From NCBI GenBank assembly GCA_019752815.1, contig JAIELQ010000014.1:1035-65034 (forward strand): a stretch of 64,000 nt of DNA. The letters are read 5' to 3'. The translations under genes were made by a program, and so were the position numbers. The notes beneath the pieces were generated by a model that was not told the DNA's origin, searched no databases, and worked only from the letters and a program-made list of their open reading frames with translations. Shown here piece after piece: positions 1 to 8,090 of the stretch; positions within the stretch are counted from its first letter, which is position 1; each line of letters starts with the position of its first letter. The DNA comes from Patescibacteria group bacterium. Its GTDB lineage: Bacteria; Patescibacteriota; Minisyncoccia; Phycocordibacterales; UBA918.

Positions 1-277
1 TGGGGCAGTCACGTGACTGCATCCCGGCCACTTGTTTATTGGTAACATGAATACCATCGAACGAAATAGCGTATTTCTGTGGGTCTGTTTGAATTTCTTG
101 GAAACCCGCTTGGGTGGCATTGCTTGGAGGCGCCACCAAGGTGGTAATTTCGGCACCGTGTTGACCGGCAAACGCTAGGGCGCTCGTTCGCGGAGCGCTC
201 TTTCCATCAAAAGTAGCAACAAGCAGTGGTCCCAGTTTGAATGTAAACGTGGGCTCGGTGATATTGACTAGTACCAT
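1..277 (-). CDS. Partial ORF running off the window start; possible YfiH/PgeF (laccase-domain) family protein
   Basis: Not in the ORF track. ATG at 277 is preceded by GGGAGG and a TTGACA-N16-TAGTAT promoter (342-315, minus strand). Translates MVLVNITEPTF...DGIHVTNKQVAGMQSRDCP, resembling the YfiH DGxxT...ADCxP motif. Confidence 0.45.
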   Translation of the reverse strand, partial: MVLVNITEPTFTFKLGPLLVATFDGKSAPRTSALAFAGQHGAEITTLVAPPSNATQAGFQEIQTDPQKYAISFDGIHVTNKQVAGMQSRDCP

Positions 278-402
278 GTGGTCTTCCTCCCGTTTTTGTG
301 AACGTTCTGCAGAGATACTACCTGGTATAGGGGTAATGTCAACTAAGATTATTTAACGCATTTGTCTTTTTGGAATATAGCGTATAAGCTATAGTCACTA
401 GT

Positions 403-1695
403 ATGGACGACATTAAACACATCCACTTCATAGGTATCGGCGGTATTGGCATGAGTGCGCTCGCGCGACTGTTTTTGCACGACGGCAAAACTGTGTCCGG
501 TAGTGACCGCGCAGCCTCAGCGATAACTGATGCGCTGGTGCACGAAGGAGTTCAATTTTTTCCAACTCAAGAAGCCTCAAATATAAGTACGAGGCAAGAC
601 CTCGACCTGATTGTGTATACCGAGGCGATGGCGCACGATCATCCCGAGATGGTGGCGGCACGGGATCTTGGCGTGCCCATGGTGAATTATTTTGAAGCCC
701 TTGGGATGGTGGCCAACGAGTACTATTTAATTGCCGTTGCCGGTAGTCATGGGAAATCAACAACCACGTCGATGGTGGCTGATGTACTTGAAGAGGCGGG
801 GCTTGACCCAACAGTAATTGTGGGAACACTGCGGAGTAAAACTAAAAGTAACTACCGAGCCGGGAAGAGCAAGTACGCAGTGGTCGAAGCGTGTGAATAC
901 AAGCGAGATTTTTTGCATTTAAAACCTGAAGTGCTGGTGATCACGAATATCGACTACGAACACGTTGACTACTATACAGATTTGGCTGATGTCCAACGAG
1001 CGTTTGCAACACTGGCGCAATCAGTCCCAGAAGGGGGAGCAATTATCACTAATATTACTGACCTCAACATCGCGCCGGTACTTACGGGAGTGTCTGCAAC
1101 GGTTATTGATTATCGACCGTTGATTGACTTAACTATCACGTTACGTCAGCCCGGAATGCATAATCGCATGAACGCAGCAGCCGCGCGTGGCGTGGGGGAA
1201 TTTTTGAAAATCGAGCCCGCAACTATTAATGACGCACTTGAAAATTTCGCTGGTACGTGGCGGCGATTTGAATACAAAGGAGATGTACGCAATACTCCGG
1301 TGTATGATGACTATGCCCATCACCCTACTGAAGTGCGCGCCTCGCTCGCCGGTGCTCGGGAGCTATATCCTGATCGAAAAGTAATTGTCGTGACACAAAC
1401 TCATACGTACTCTCGGACAGCTGAATTATTTGCTGATTTCGTTTCAGCCTATGCGGCCGCTGATCAGGTGTACCTATTACCGATTTATGGGGCTCGTGAA
1501 GAAAATGTATCGGGAGTAACGAGTGAACAGCTAGCCGAAGCTATTACTGAAAAAGGCACTCCTGCTGTAGTCATGCAGACGGCTGCCGGAATTGCGCAAA
1601 CGGTCCGGGAATCACTTAATGAATCGGAACCAGCGGTAATTTTAATTATGGGGGCAGGGGACGTCACGCAGGTTGCTGGTGAATTGACTAAATAG
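403..1695 (+). CDS. murC: UDP-N-acetylmuramate--L-alanine ligase
   Basis: HFIGIGGIGMSALA, GSHGKSTTT, EACEY and DDYAHHPTE motifs. Confidence 0.93.
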   Translation: MDDIKHIHFIGIGGIGMSALARLFLHDGKTVSGSDRAASAITDALVHEGVQFFPTQEASNISTRQDLDLIVYTEAMAHDHPEMVAARDLGVPMVNYFEALGMVANEYYLIAVAGSHGKSTTTSMVADVLEEAGLDPTVIVGTLRSKTKSNYRAGKSKYAVVEACEYKRDFLHLKPEVLVITNIDYEHVDYYTDLADVQRAFATLAQSVPEGGAIITNITDLNIAPVLTGVSATVIDYRPLIDLTITLRQPGMHNRMNAAAARGVGEFLKIEPATINDALENFAGTWRRFEYKGDVRNTPVYDDYAHHPTEVRASLAGARELYPDRKVIVVTQTHTYSRTAELFADFVSAYAAADQVYLLPIYGAREENVSGVTSEQLAEAITEKGTPAVVMQTAAGIAQTVRESLNESEPAVILIMGAGDVTQVAGELTK

Positions 1696-1760
1696 CTAAA
1701 TTATAGTTGAATAATTACGGAATCAGCCGATGGTAGGGTGGTGACAATGGAGAAGTCGCG

Positions 1761-2360
1761 GTGACAAAGATGTGGATACTAGTGCCGCTCTCAAACGATG
1801 CGGACAAATTTGAACCTCAGAGAAAATATATGGGGGTGGGACCAAACTCCAAACAACGGATAGCTGAAGCGGTTCAGTGGGCAGAAGAAAAAATTCCCAC
1901 CGAAGAAAAAGTTTGGGTATTTGGTGCCGGAACTCACTATGACTGGCGTCGTGGACAGACTCTCGGTGTCTGGTCAGAAGCGTTCCTGCGAACACTGCTC
2001 CAAAATCCGATCACGGTCATAGCAAACCATCACGACAAAAACTTCTACGGCACCCACGAAGAAATGAAGTGGGGCGTCCGGGCGGTACAGAAAGAACATT
2101 CACCCGGCACGGTAGTTTTTGTCTTCTTTGGTCCGCGCTGGCACTTGCTTCAAGCGCGTGTTGTCTGGCGACTGTTCTTTAAAGCGGATTGGGGCAGGGC
2201 TCGGTTTGTGGAAACCGCGGATGGTGCAGTACCCAGTTGGCCTCATGAAATCAAGAGATATCTCAAGATAGTGGGTCACTGGCTTTTTCCCAAGTGGGTA
2301 AAAACCCAAGACCAAACACCATACCCAGCGGCAGTGTCGCAGTTTGGTATGAGATGCTGA
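1761..2360 (+). CDS. Hypothetical protein, divergent YdcF/ElyC (DUF218)-like
   Basis: RIAEAV...FGAG...GTHEEM...FFGPRWHLLQARVVW resembles DUF218 T-x-EN and H-x-x-RA; followed by a terminator. Confidence 0.45.
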   Translation: MTKMWILVPLSNDADKFEPQRKYMGVGPNSKQRIAEAVQWAEEKIPTEEKVWVFGAGTHYDWRRGQTLGVWSEAFLRTLLQNPITVIANHHDKNFYGTHEEMKWGVRAVQKEHSPGTVVFVFFGPRWHLLQARVVWRLFFKADWGRARFVETADGAVPSWPHEIKRYLKIVGHWLFPKWVKTQDQTPYPAAVSQFGMRC

Positions 2361-2369
2361 GTTACTGAG

Positions 2370-2400
2370 AGCGGGGCGAATTCATTCGCCCCGCTTTTTT
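2370..2400 (+). terminator. Rho-independent terminator
   Basis: GCGGGGCGAA-TTCA-TTCGCCCCGC followed by a T run. Confidence 0.85.
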
Positions 2401-2445
2401 GTAACTTTTGTATCGTGGAGATGGTTTATATACGGACAACTTAAT

Positions 2446-2558
2446 ATGTATCAGCGAGTGTGGACGAGGGATTTGACCCGACGACTCCATCCGCAACCTG
2501 TCATTGTTTTAGTGATAAGGTGCGACTGTCAACACAAATATTTTTGTGAACGATGCTT
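2446..2558 (+). ncRNA. SAM-I (S-box) riboswitch aptamer upstream of metK
   Basis: GUAUC..GAG, GAGGGA..GACCCGACGA, GCAACC, AAGGUGC, P4 CACAAA/UUUGUG, P1 GUAUC/GAUGC; likely pseudoknot UUGAC/GUCAA; located 5' of SAM synthetase. Confidence 0.85.
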
Positions 2559-2571
2559 TACTCATACTGAT

Positions 2572-2595
2572 ACAGCGCGCAAGCGTTGTTTTTTT
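2572..2595 (+). terminator. Riboswitch expression-platform terminator
   Basis: ACAGCGC-GCAA-GCGTTGT plus a T run directly after the aptamer. Confidence 0.75.
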
Positions 2596-2599
2596 GTTG

Positions 2600-2721
2600 T
2601 CAGAACCTCAAAAATGGCACGCTTCTTTATTGTTCTGCATAAAATTCTCCTCACCGTACAGTTGTACGACTCGTCAATTTTACTTGGACGCCTCGAATCG
2701 CATCCATTTTTGAGATTCTGA
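2600..2721. repeat. Dispersed palindromic element, copy 1
   Basis: Terminal IR TCAGAACCTCAAAAATGG/CCATTTTTGAGATTCTGA; core CTCACCGTAC-N-GTACGACTCG; CGCCTCGAA. Confidence 0.75.
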
Positions 2722-2747
2722 ACTTTATAAATAATTTTTAAAATAAT

Positions 2748-3695
2748 ATGCTTAAAACAGCTGAATGTGTTTCTCCGGGACATCCCGATAAAATGTGTGA
2801 TCAAATCTCAGACGCCATTCTTGATGCGTATCTAGCCCAAGACCTAAAGAGTCGGGTAGCAATCGAATCTGTAGGGAGTCACGGGGAGGTCTGGGTAACA
2901 GGTGAGGTCACTTCAATGGCTACCGGTATTAATATTGAAGCGATAGTCACAAAAATTGCCGGTCCGGGATTATCTATCCGTACGCACATAGTTGAACAAA
3001 GTCTAGAGATTGCGCACGGAGTTGATACTGGAGGAGCGGGCGATCAGGGAATTATGACGGGTTACGCTACACGCGAGACGGCAACCTACATGCCACGAGA
3101 ATATGAGCTGGCACGAACCTTGTGTCAAAAAGTGTATGCGGAATTTCCGTACGATGGAAAAACGCAAGTAACAATTAATGAAGCGGGCAAGGTATTCTCG
3201 GTGGTCTGTAGTTTTCAAAATGCACCGCGACGGGAACTACAAGCATTAGTGCAGTCAGTTATTCCGGACGCTTCGGAATACCACATCAACCCAGCGGGGG
3301 ATTGGAATCAGGGTGGATTTGATGCTGATGCGGGACTAACAGGTAGAAAAATTATTATCGATAACTATGGACCAGAAATTGCTGTTGGGGGTGGGGCGTT
3401 TTCCGGCAAGGACCCAAGTAAGGTAGACAGGTCAGCTGCGTACATGGCACGCCGGATTGCCGTCGATTATTTAGAATCCCGTCCCAAGGCACAAACAGTA
3501 CTGGTTAAATTAGCGTACGCCATTGGACACCCACAGGCACTGATGGCTGTTGCTATTGTCGATGGTGTAGCGGAAGACGTTGTCGGGTATGATGTCACGC
3601 CCAAAGGCATCCGAGACTTTTTAGGACTCGACGCCCCGATTTATGGCCAGACTGCAGCTTGGGGGCATTTTGGTCGGGGCTTTAGTTGGAAGTAG
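2748..3695 (+). CDS. metK: S-adenosylmethionine synthetase (compact, 315 aa)
   Basis: GHPDKMCDQISD, GAGDQG, GLTGRKII and GGGAFSGKDPSKVDRSAAY motifs. Confidence 0.95.
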   Translation: MLKTAECVSPGHPDKMCDQISDAILDAYLAQDLKSRVAIESVGSHGEVWVTGEVTSMATGINIEAIVTKIAGPGLSIRTHIVEQSLEIAHGVDTGGAGDQGIMTGYATRETATYMPREYELARTLCQKVYAEFPYDGKTQVTINEAGKVFSVVCSFQNAPRRELQALVQSVIPDASEYHINPAGDWNQGGFDADAGLTGRKIIIDNYGPEIAVGGGAFSGKDPSKVDRSAAYMARRIAVDYLESRPKAQTVLVKLAYAIGHPQALMAVAIVDGVAEDVVGYDVTPKGIRDFLGLDAPIYGQTAAWGHFGRGFSWK

Positions 3696-3717
3696 AAATA
3701 ATTAATTATTAATTAAC

Positions 3718-3747
3718 AAAGACACACCCTTCGGACGGTGTGTCTTT
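3718..3747 (+). terminator. Hairpin/terminator after metK
   Basis: AAAGACACACC-N8-GGTGTGTCTTT. Confidence 0.7.
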
Positions 3748-3781
3748 ACTTTTATAAAAAATATAGTATTGTTCGGACACT

Positions 3782-4459
3782 ATGCAAAAGCCGGGAACAC
3801 TCTATATCGTTGCGACGCCAATTGGAAACATGGAAGATATCACACTCCGCGCACTGCGTATTTTCCGCGAAGTTGAGTATGTGCTGTGTGAGGATACCCG
3901 AACAACAGGGAATCTCACCAAACACCATGGTATTAAAGCTAAGTTAAAGCGGTATGACGCGCACGCGAGTGAGGCGGTTCATGCCGCTATTATCGCTGAC
4001 CTCGAAGCAGGGCACAGTGTTGCCTTAGTGTCTGACGCCGGTACACCAGGTGTATCTGATCCGGGAGTAATGCTGGTACGGATGGCCCGGGCAGCCAATA
4101 TTCGCATTGATGCTATTCCCGGAGCCTCATCAATTACGGCTGCAATTTCCATTGCTGGCGTATCCGGAAATCAATTTAGTTTCCTCGGGTTTGTGCCAAG
4201 TAAAAAGGGACGAGAGACATTTTTTGCTGATTTAGAATTGTATGACCACCCGGTGGTTTTTTTGGAAGCGACTCACCGCATTATTAAGACGCTTGAGAGT
4301 TTAGTGGCGAGCTATCCGACCGCCACGTTGTACCTCGGTCGTGAGCTGACTAAAATGCACGAAGAAATGTTGGTAGGAACTCCAGCTGAGATTCTAGAAA
4401 TTCTGACAAAGTTTACAGTTAAACAAAAAGGGGAGTTTGTGCTCATTTTGAGTTTGTAG
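3782..4459 (+). CDS. rsmI: 16S rRNA (cytidine1402-2'-O)-methyltransferase
   Basis: LYIVATPIGNMEDITLRA, CEDTR, SDAGTPGVSDPG, RELTKMHEE and KGEFV motifs. Confidence 0.93.
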   Translation: MQKPGTLYIVATPIGNMEDITLRALRIFREVEYVLCEDTRTTGNLTKHHGIKAKLKRYDAHASEAVHAAIIADLEAGHSVALVSDAGTPGVSDPGVMLVRMARAANIRIDAIPGASSITAAISIAGVSGNQFSFLGFVPSKKGRETFFADLELYDHPVVFLEATHRIIKTLESLVASYPTATLYLGRELTKMHEEMLVGTPAEILEILTKFTVKQKGEFVLILSL

Positions 4460-4537
4460 CTACCATTTTTAACTTTTCCGTTGTCTAGTTTGTTGTTATT
4501 TGTCTGTCAGACAGGCCTTGGGTTATACTAATCGGTA

Positions 4538-4780
4538 ATGAGCAAAGGCACGCTGGCATTTCTATTAGGTATACTGCTAATTCTACTTCCGTATCTCGGA
4601 ATTCCTTCAGTATGGAAGCAGTATGCGTATGTGGCACTGGGTATCATTCTCGTGTTGCTTGGGTATGCAATTAGACGCGCCCAATATTTTCATGAAATTG
4701 ATAACGGCAATGGTGAACGTGGGGGAGACACCTTTGTCGAAACAACACAAAACCTATTTTCTCAGAGTAAAGCAGAATAG
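4538..4780 (+). CDS. Small membrane protein (two TM helices)
   Basis: Two hydrophobic segments around LPYLGIP; TATACT 8 nt upstream of the ATG. Confidence 0.7.
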   Translation: MSKGTLAFLLGILLILLPYLGIPSVWKQYAYVALGIILVLLGYAIRRAQYFHEIDNGNGERGGDTFVETTQNLFSQSKAE

Positions 4781-4785
4781 GAGAT

Positions 4786-6105
4786 ATGGTATATAAAACG
4801 GTAATTGTCGCCCTCACAGTCTTGGGTCTTGTGGGTGTGTTTGTGTATGCAGCACCGATTGCTACCAAAGTTTCGTATGATGCGAGCGCCATTACGACTG
4901 CCCGAGAATTTACCGAACAGCGCAGTGAAGAAGCGGCTCCAACGGCTCCTGCGACTCCTGTACCTGATACCCGTCCTGTAGTCACACATGTGCCGATGCC
5001 CAAAGCTGTCAAGGCAATTTACATGTCATCGTGTGTCGCTGGCACGCCATCATTTCGTGCTGATTTAGTAAGATTAATTAATGAAACTGAAATCAATAGC
5101 GTGGTGATTGATATCAAAGATTACTCGGGCACCATTTCCTTTGCGCCAACCGACCCTGCCTGGCAGCCAGCTTGGGATAGTGCACGCTGTGGCGCACGTG
5201 ACATGAAAGAATTTATCAAAACACTCCATGATGCGAATATTTTTGTGATTGGTCGCATGACCGTGTTCCAGGACCCCTTTGAAGTTGAACGACGTCCAGA
5301 GTGGGCAGTTAAAAAGGCCGATGGAGTCACCACCTGGCGTGATGGTAAAGGCCTCGCCTTTATTGATGTGGCAGCAACCGGATACTGGGACCATATCATT
5401 AAGCTGGTAGTCGATTCGTACAATATTGGATTTGATGAAATTAACTTTGACTACGTGCGCTATCCCAGTGACGGGAACATGACTGATATCTCGTTTGTCC
5501 TCAGTAACCAATCTCCGTACGGCCGTGATAAACAAGCTAACCTCGAAGCCTTCTTTAAATATCTCAATGAAAAAATTGATGATGAGAAATTATTTTCAGC
5601 TGTTAAACATATAAACACCGGTCGCGCCTCTTCAACACCATATTCCACCGCAGATTTATTTGGAATGACGACGACTAATTATGATGATCTCTCAATCGGG
5701 CAGGTGCAGGAACGAGCAGTACCGTATTTTGATGCGGTGGCTCCGATGGTATACCCGTCGCATTACCCAAATAGTTTCTTGGGGCTGGGTAACCCGAACA
5801 ACTATCCGTATAAAGTCGTGCACTACGCTATGTCAGCCGGTGTGCGCCGACTACAGGCCTCAACCACACCCATGAACGGATTTTTACATACGCGGATTGG
5901 TACCACGACACCAGCTATGTATCAAAAGCCTGTGTATGGTCCTGACAAATTACGTACCTGGATTCAAGATTTTGATTATGGTGGTGATTACGATGCGGCC
6001 GATGTGCGAGCTCAGATTCAAGCCAGTTACGATGCGGGGGTAAACAGCTGGATGATTTGGGCACCAAGTAATCGCTACACCCAGGCGGCGTTACTGCCTG
6101 AGTAG
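4786..6105 (+). CDS. Putative exported glycoside hydrolase (DUF4015 family)
   Basis: N-terminal TM; NSVVIDIKD, GFDEINFDYVRYP, PMVYPSHY and RTWIQDF motifs. Confidence 0.8.
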   Translation: MVYKTVIVALTVLGLVGVFVYAAPIATKVSYDASAITTAREFTEQRSEEAAPTAPATPVPDTRPVVTHVPMPKAVKAIYMSSCVAGTPSFRADLVRLINETEINSVVIDIKDYSGTISFAPTDPAWQPAWDSARCGARDMKEFIKTLHDANIFVIGRMTVFQDPFEVERRPEWAVKKADGVTTWRDGKGLAFIDVAATGYWDHIIKLVVDSYNIGFDEINFDYVRYPSDGNMTDISFVLSNQSPYGRDKQANLEAFFKYLNEKIDDEKLFSAVKHINTGRASSTPYSTADLFGMTTTNYDDLSIGQVQERAVPYFDAVAPMVYPSHYPNSFLGLGNPNNYPYKVVHYAMSAGVRRLQASTTPMNGFLHTRIGTTTPAMYQKPVYGPDKLRTWIQDFDYGGDYDAADVRAQIQASYDAGVNSWMIWAPSNRYTQAALLPE

Positions 6106-6163
6106 TGTGACAAAATATAAAACGTATGGTTTAATTGCCCAAGGCAATTAGCGGGAGGTCGCC

Positions 6164-6385
6164 ATGGGTGAAAATATCGAAGCTAACGACTATGGTGCGT
6201 GGGAACGAGAACGGCAGGAGTATCTTGCAACATTGCGTTCACTGCCCGCTGAAATTTTTGCTGCTCTCACAATAGATCAGCTCGAAGATTGGCAATTGAA
6301 CTGCTATCAAGAGGTAAAATCTGAGCGCGCAGTGGGTGTCATTCGCTCCAATGTTACTGAGGAGTTGTTGTTCCATAGGGTGTAG
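6164..6385 (+). CDS. Small hypothetical protein
   Basis: Strong GGGAGG RBS and its own terminator. Confidence 0.55.
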   Translation: MGENIEANDYGAWERERQEYLATLRSLPAEIFAALTIDQLEDWQLNCYQEVKSERAVGVIRSNVTEELLFHRV

Positions 6386-6405
6386 CATCAATAGCAAACA
6401 GGTAG

Positions 6406-6436
6406 AATCGGCGACTCATAATCGCCGATTTTTTTT
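6406..6436 (+). terminator. Rho-independent terminator
   Basis: AATCGGCGA-N7-TCGCCGATT plus a T run. Confidence 0.8.
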
Positions 6437-6483
6437 GTGCACAGAGCAGGCTATCGCTCATTTTGGTGAGGTATACTAGAGAC

Positions 6484-8073
6484 ATGTACAACGAAGAGCC
6501 AATCGCTCGGCGCTTTTATGCCGTGAGCTATACCGATGATGAGCCCACTGTCTCACTTGGGGCTTTTATCCCACGGAGCAAAAAAACTACGCCTACTTCG
6601 CAAGCTACGCAGCGGTCACAAAAATCAATCTCCTTTACCCCGCAAATTGTAAACATTAATCGTCGAAATACCATCGCCAGTCCGTATGTGGCGACGGTAA
6701 AAATTGTGACGGTGTTTTTATCGGTAGCGCTTCTACTGTTTGTGTCACTATTGTCAGCACCGTTTATCAAAGAAACAGGAGGCTCTTTCCTCGCACAAAT
6801 TTTTGCTGCTACGCAATCGTCAGCACCAGTGATTGTAGAAAACCCGTATACCCAAGCCCAAACTGAATTAAATTACGGTGTGCAGATGTCATTTAGCCAA
6901 CCGAACTTTTTTGCGGAAACCCGCAATGCCTTTATTGCGCAATCAAAAACATTTGTTGAGGCCGACCTCACTACCATGCAGTTGCGCTATTTTAATGAAG
7001 GCATATTAGAGCTTCAGGTTCCGATTGTTGCCAAAGGAGCAAAAGGTTCATGGCTCGAAACACCAGCGGGGTTGTATGAAGTAAAAGCCAAAAAAGAAAA
7101 ACTCTATTCAACATTTGGACAAATGTATACACCATGGAGCATTACCTTCCAGGGTAACTTTATTATTCATGGTTGGCCGTATACGGAAAGCGGCGAAAAG
7201 GTACCAACCGAGTTCCAGGGTGGAGGAATTAGATTGTCTGACGCTGACGCCAAAGCAGTGTATGAGCTCGTTACTGCTGGTACGCCTATTCTCGTACATG
7301 AGGTACCAAGCGAACCTGACGAATTTGTCTATGAACCTAAAATTCCCGAACTTGATACCCCACATTATTTAATCGCTGATGTGGAGACCAATACAGTACT
7401 TGCGAGTTCAGATCTCGATAGCGTGGCTCCAATTGCGTCACTCACCAAACTCATGACCGCTCTTGTGGCGGCTGAGTATATCAATCTAGACGCACGGGTG
7501 TCAGTCGTGCAGCCAACCTTTGTGCAGTCATTGATTCCACGCCTGAGTGGTCTCGGTACGGTTTCAATGTATAGCCTCTTACAGTTACTTTTAGTTGAAT
7601 CATCCAACGAAGCGGCGGAAGTTATTGCCGCCCAAGTGGGACGAGAAAAGTTCATTGAACACATGAATGAAAAAGCCAAGGCGATTGGACTGCAGAATAC
7701 ACAGTTTGCAGATCCGTCAGGACTCAGTGCTGGTAATGCTTCGACCGTCCGTGATTTACTCGGCCTCATTAAGTACATCTATACCACTCGGCAATTTATT
7801 GTTGACCTGACTGCGAATCAAGATTTACCAACCGCCTACGTCAGTGGTGAATTTGGAACGTTGAGTAATTTTAACGAAGTGGAGGGCTTAGATAACTTTA
7901 TTGGGGGTAAAATCGGTGAGACAACTGCTGCAGGACAGACATCAGTGACGCTACATAAAATTACTGTTAAAGGTGATGAGCGAGTGATTGCGATTGTGCT
8001 CCTTGGGTCCGATAGTCGTAATGCAGATGTGACTGAGTTGTTAGGATACGCTACTGCTCGGTTCGGTTCTTAA
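6484..8073 (+). CDS. YkuD (L,D-transpeptidase-like) domain fused to D-Ala-D-Ala carboxypeptidase (peptidase S11)
   Basis: TM helix; ETPAGLY and IHGWPY (YkuD); ASLTK, SSN, GGKIG and DPSGL (S11). Start moved to the ATG at 6484. Confidence 0.8.
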   Translation: MYNEEPIARRFYAVSYTDDEPTVSLGAFIPRSKKTTPTSQATQRSQKSISFTPQIVNINRRNTIASPYVATVKIVTVFLSVALLLFVSLLSAPFIKETGGSFLAQIFAATQSSAPVIVENPYTQAQTELNYGVQMSFSQPNFFAETRNAFIAQSKTFVEADLTTMQLRYFNEGILELQVPIVAKGAKGSWLETPAGLYEVKAKKEKLYSTFGQMYTPWSITFQGNFIIHGWPYTESGEKVPTEFQGGGIRLSDADAKAVYELVTAGTPILVHEVPSEPDEFVYEPKIPELDTPHYLIADVETNTVLASSDLDSVAPIASLTKLMTALVAAEYINLDARVSVVQPTFVQSLIPRLSGLGTVSMYSLLQLLLVESSNEAAEVIAAQVGREKFIEHMNEKAKAIGLQNTQFADPSGLSAGNASTVRDLLGLIKYIYTTRQFIVDLTANQDLPTAYVSGEFGTLSNFNEVEGLDNFIGGKIGETTAAGQTSVTLHKITVKGDERVIAIVLLGSDSRNADVTELLGYATARFGS

Positions 8074-8090
8074 TTTGCTATACTACTTTT

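Noticed and set aside
2446-2804. ORFs 2446-2721 (+) and 2562-2804 (-)
   Set aside because: They overlap the riboswitch, the palindromic element and the metK start; no protein features
4501-4515. Short palindrome TGTCTGTCAGACAGG, REP-like
   Set aside because: Single short copy in the window; insufficient support
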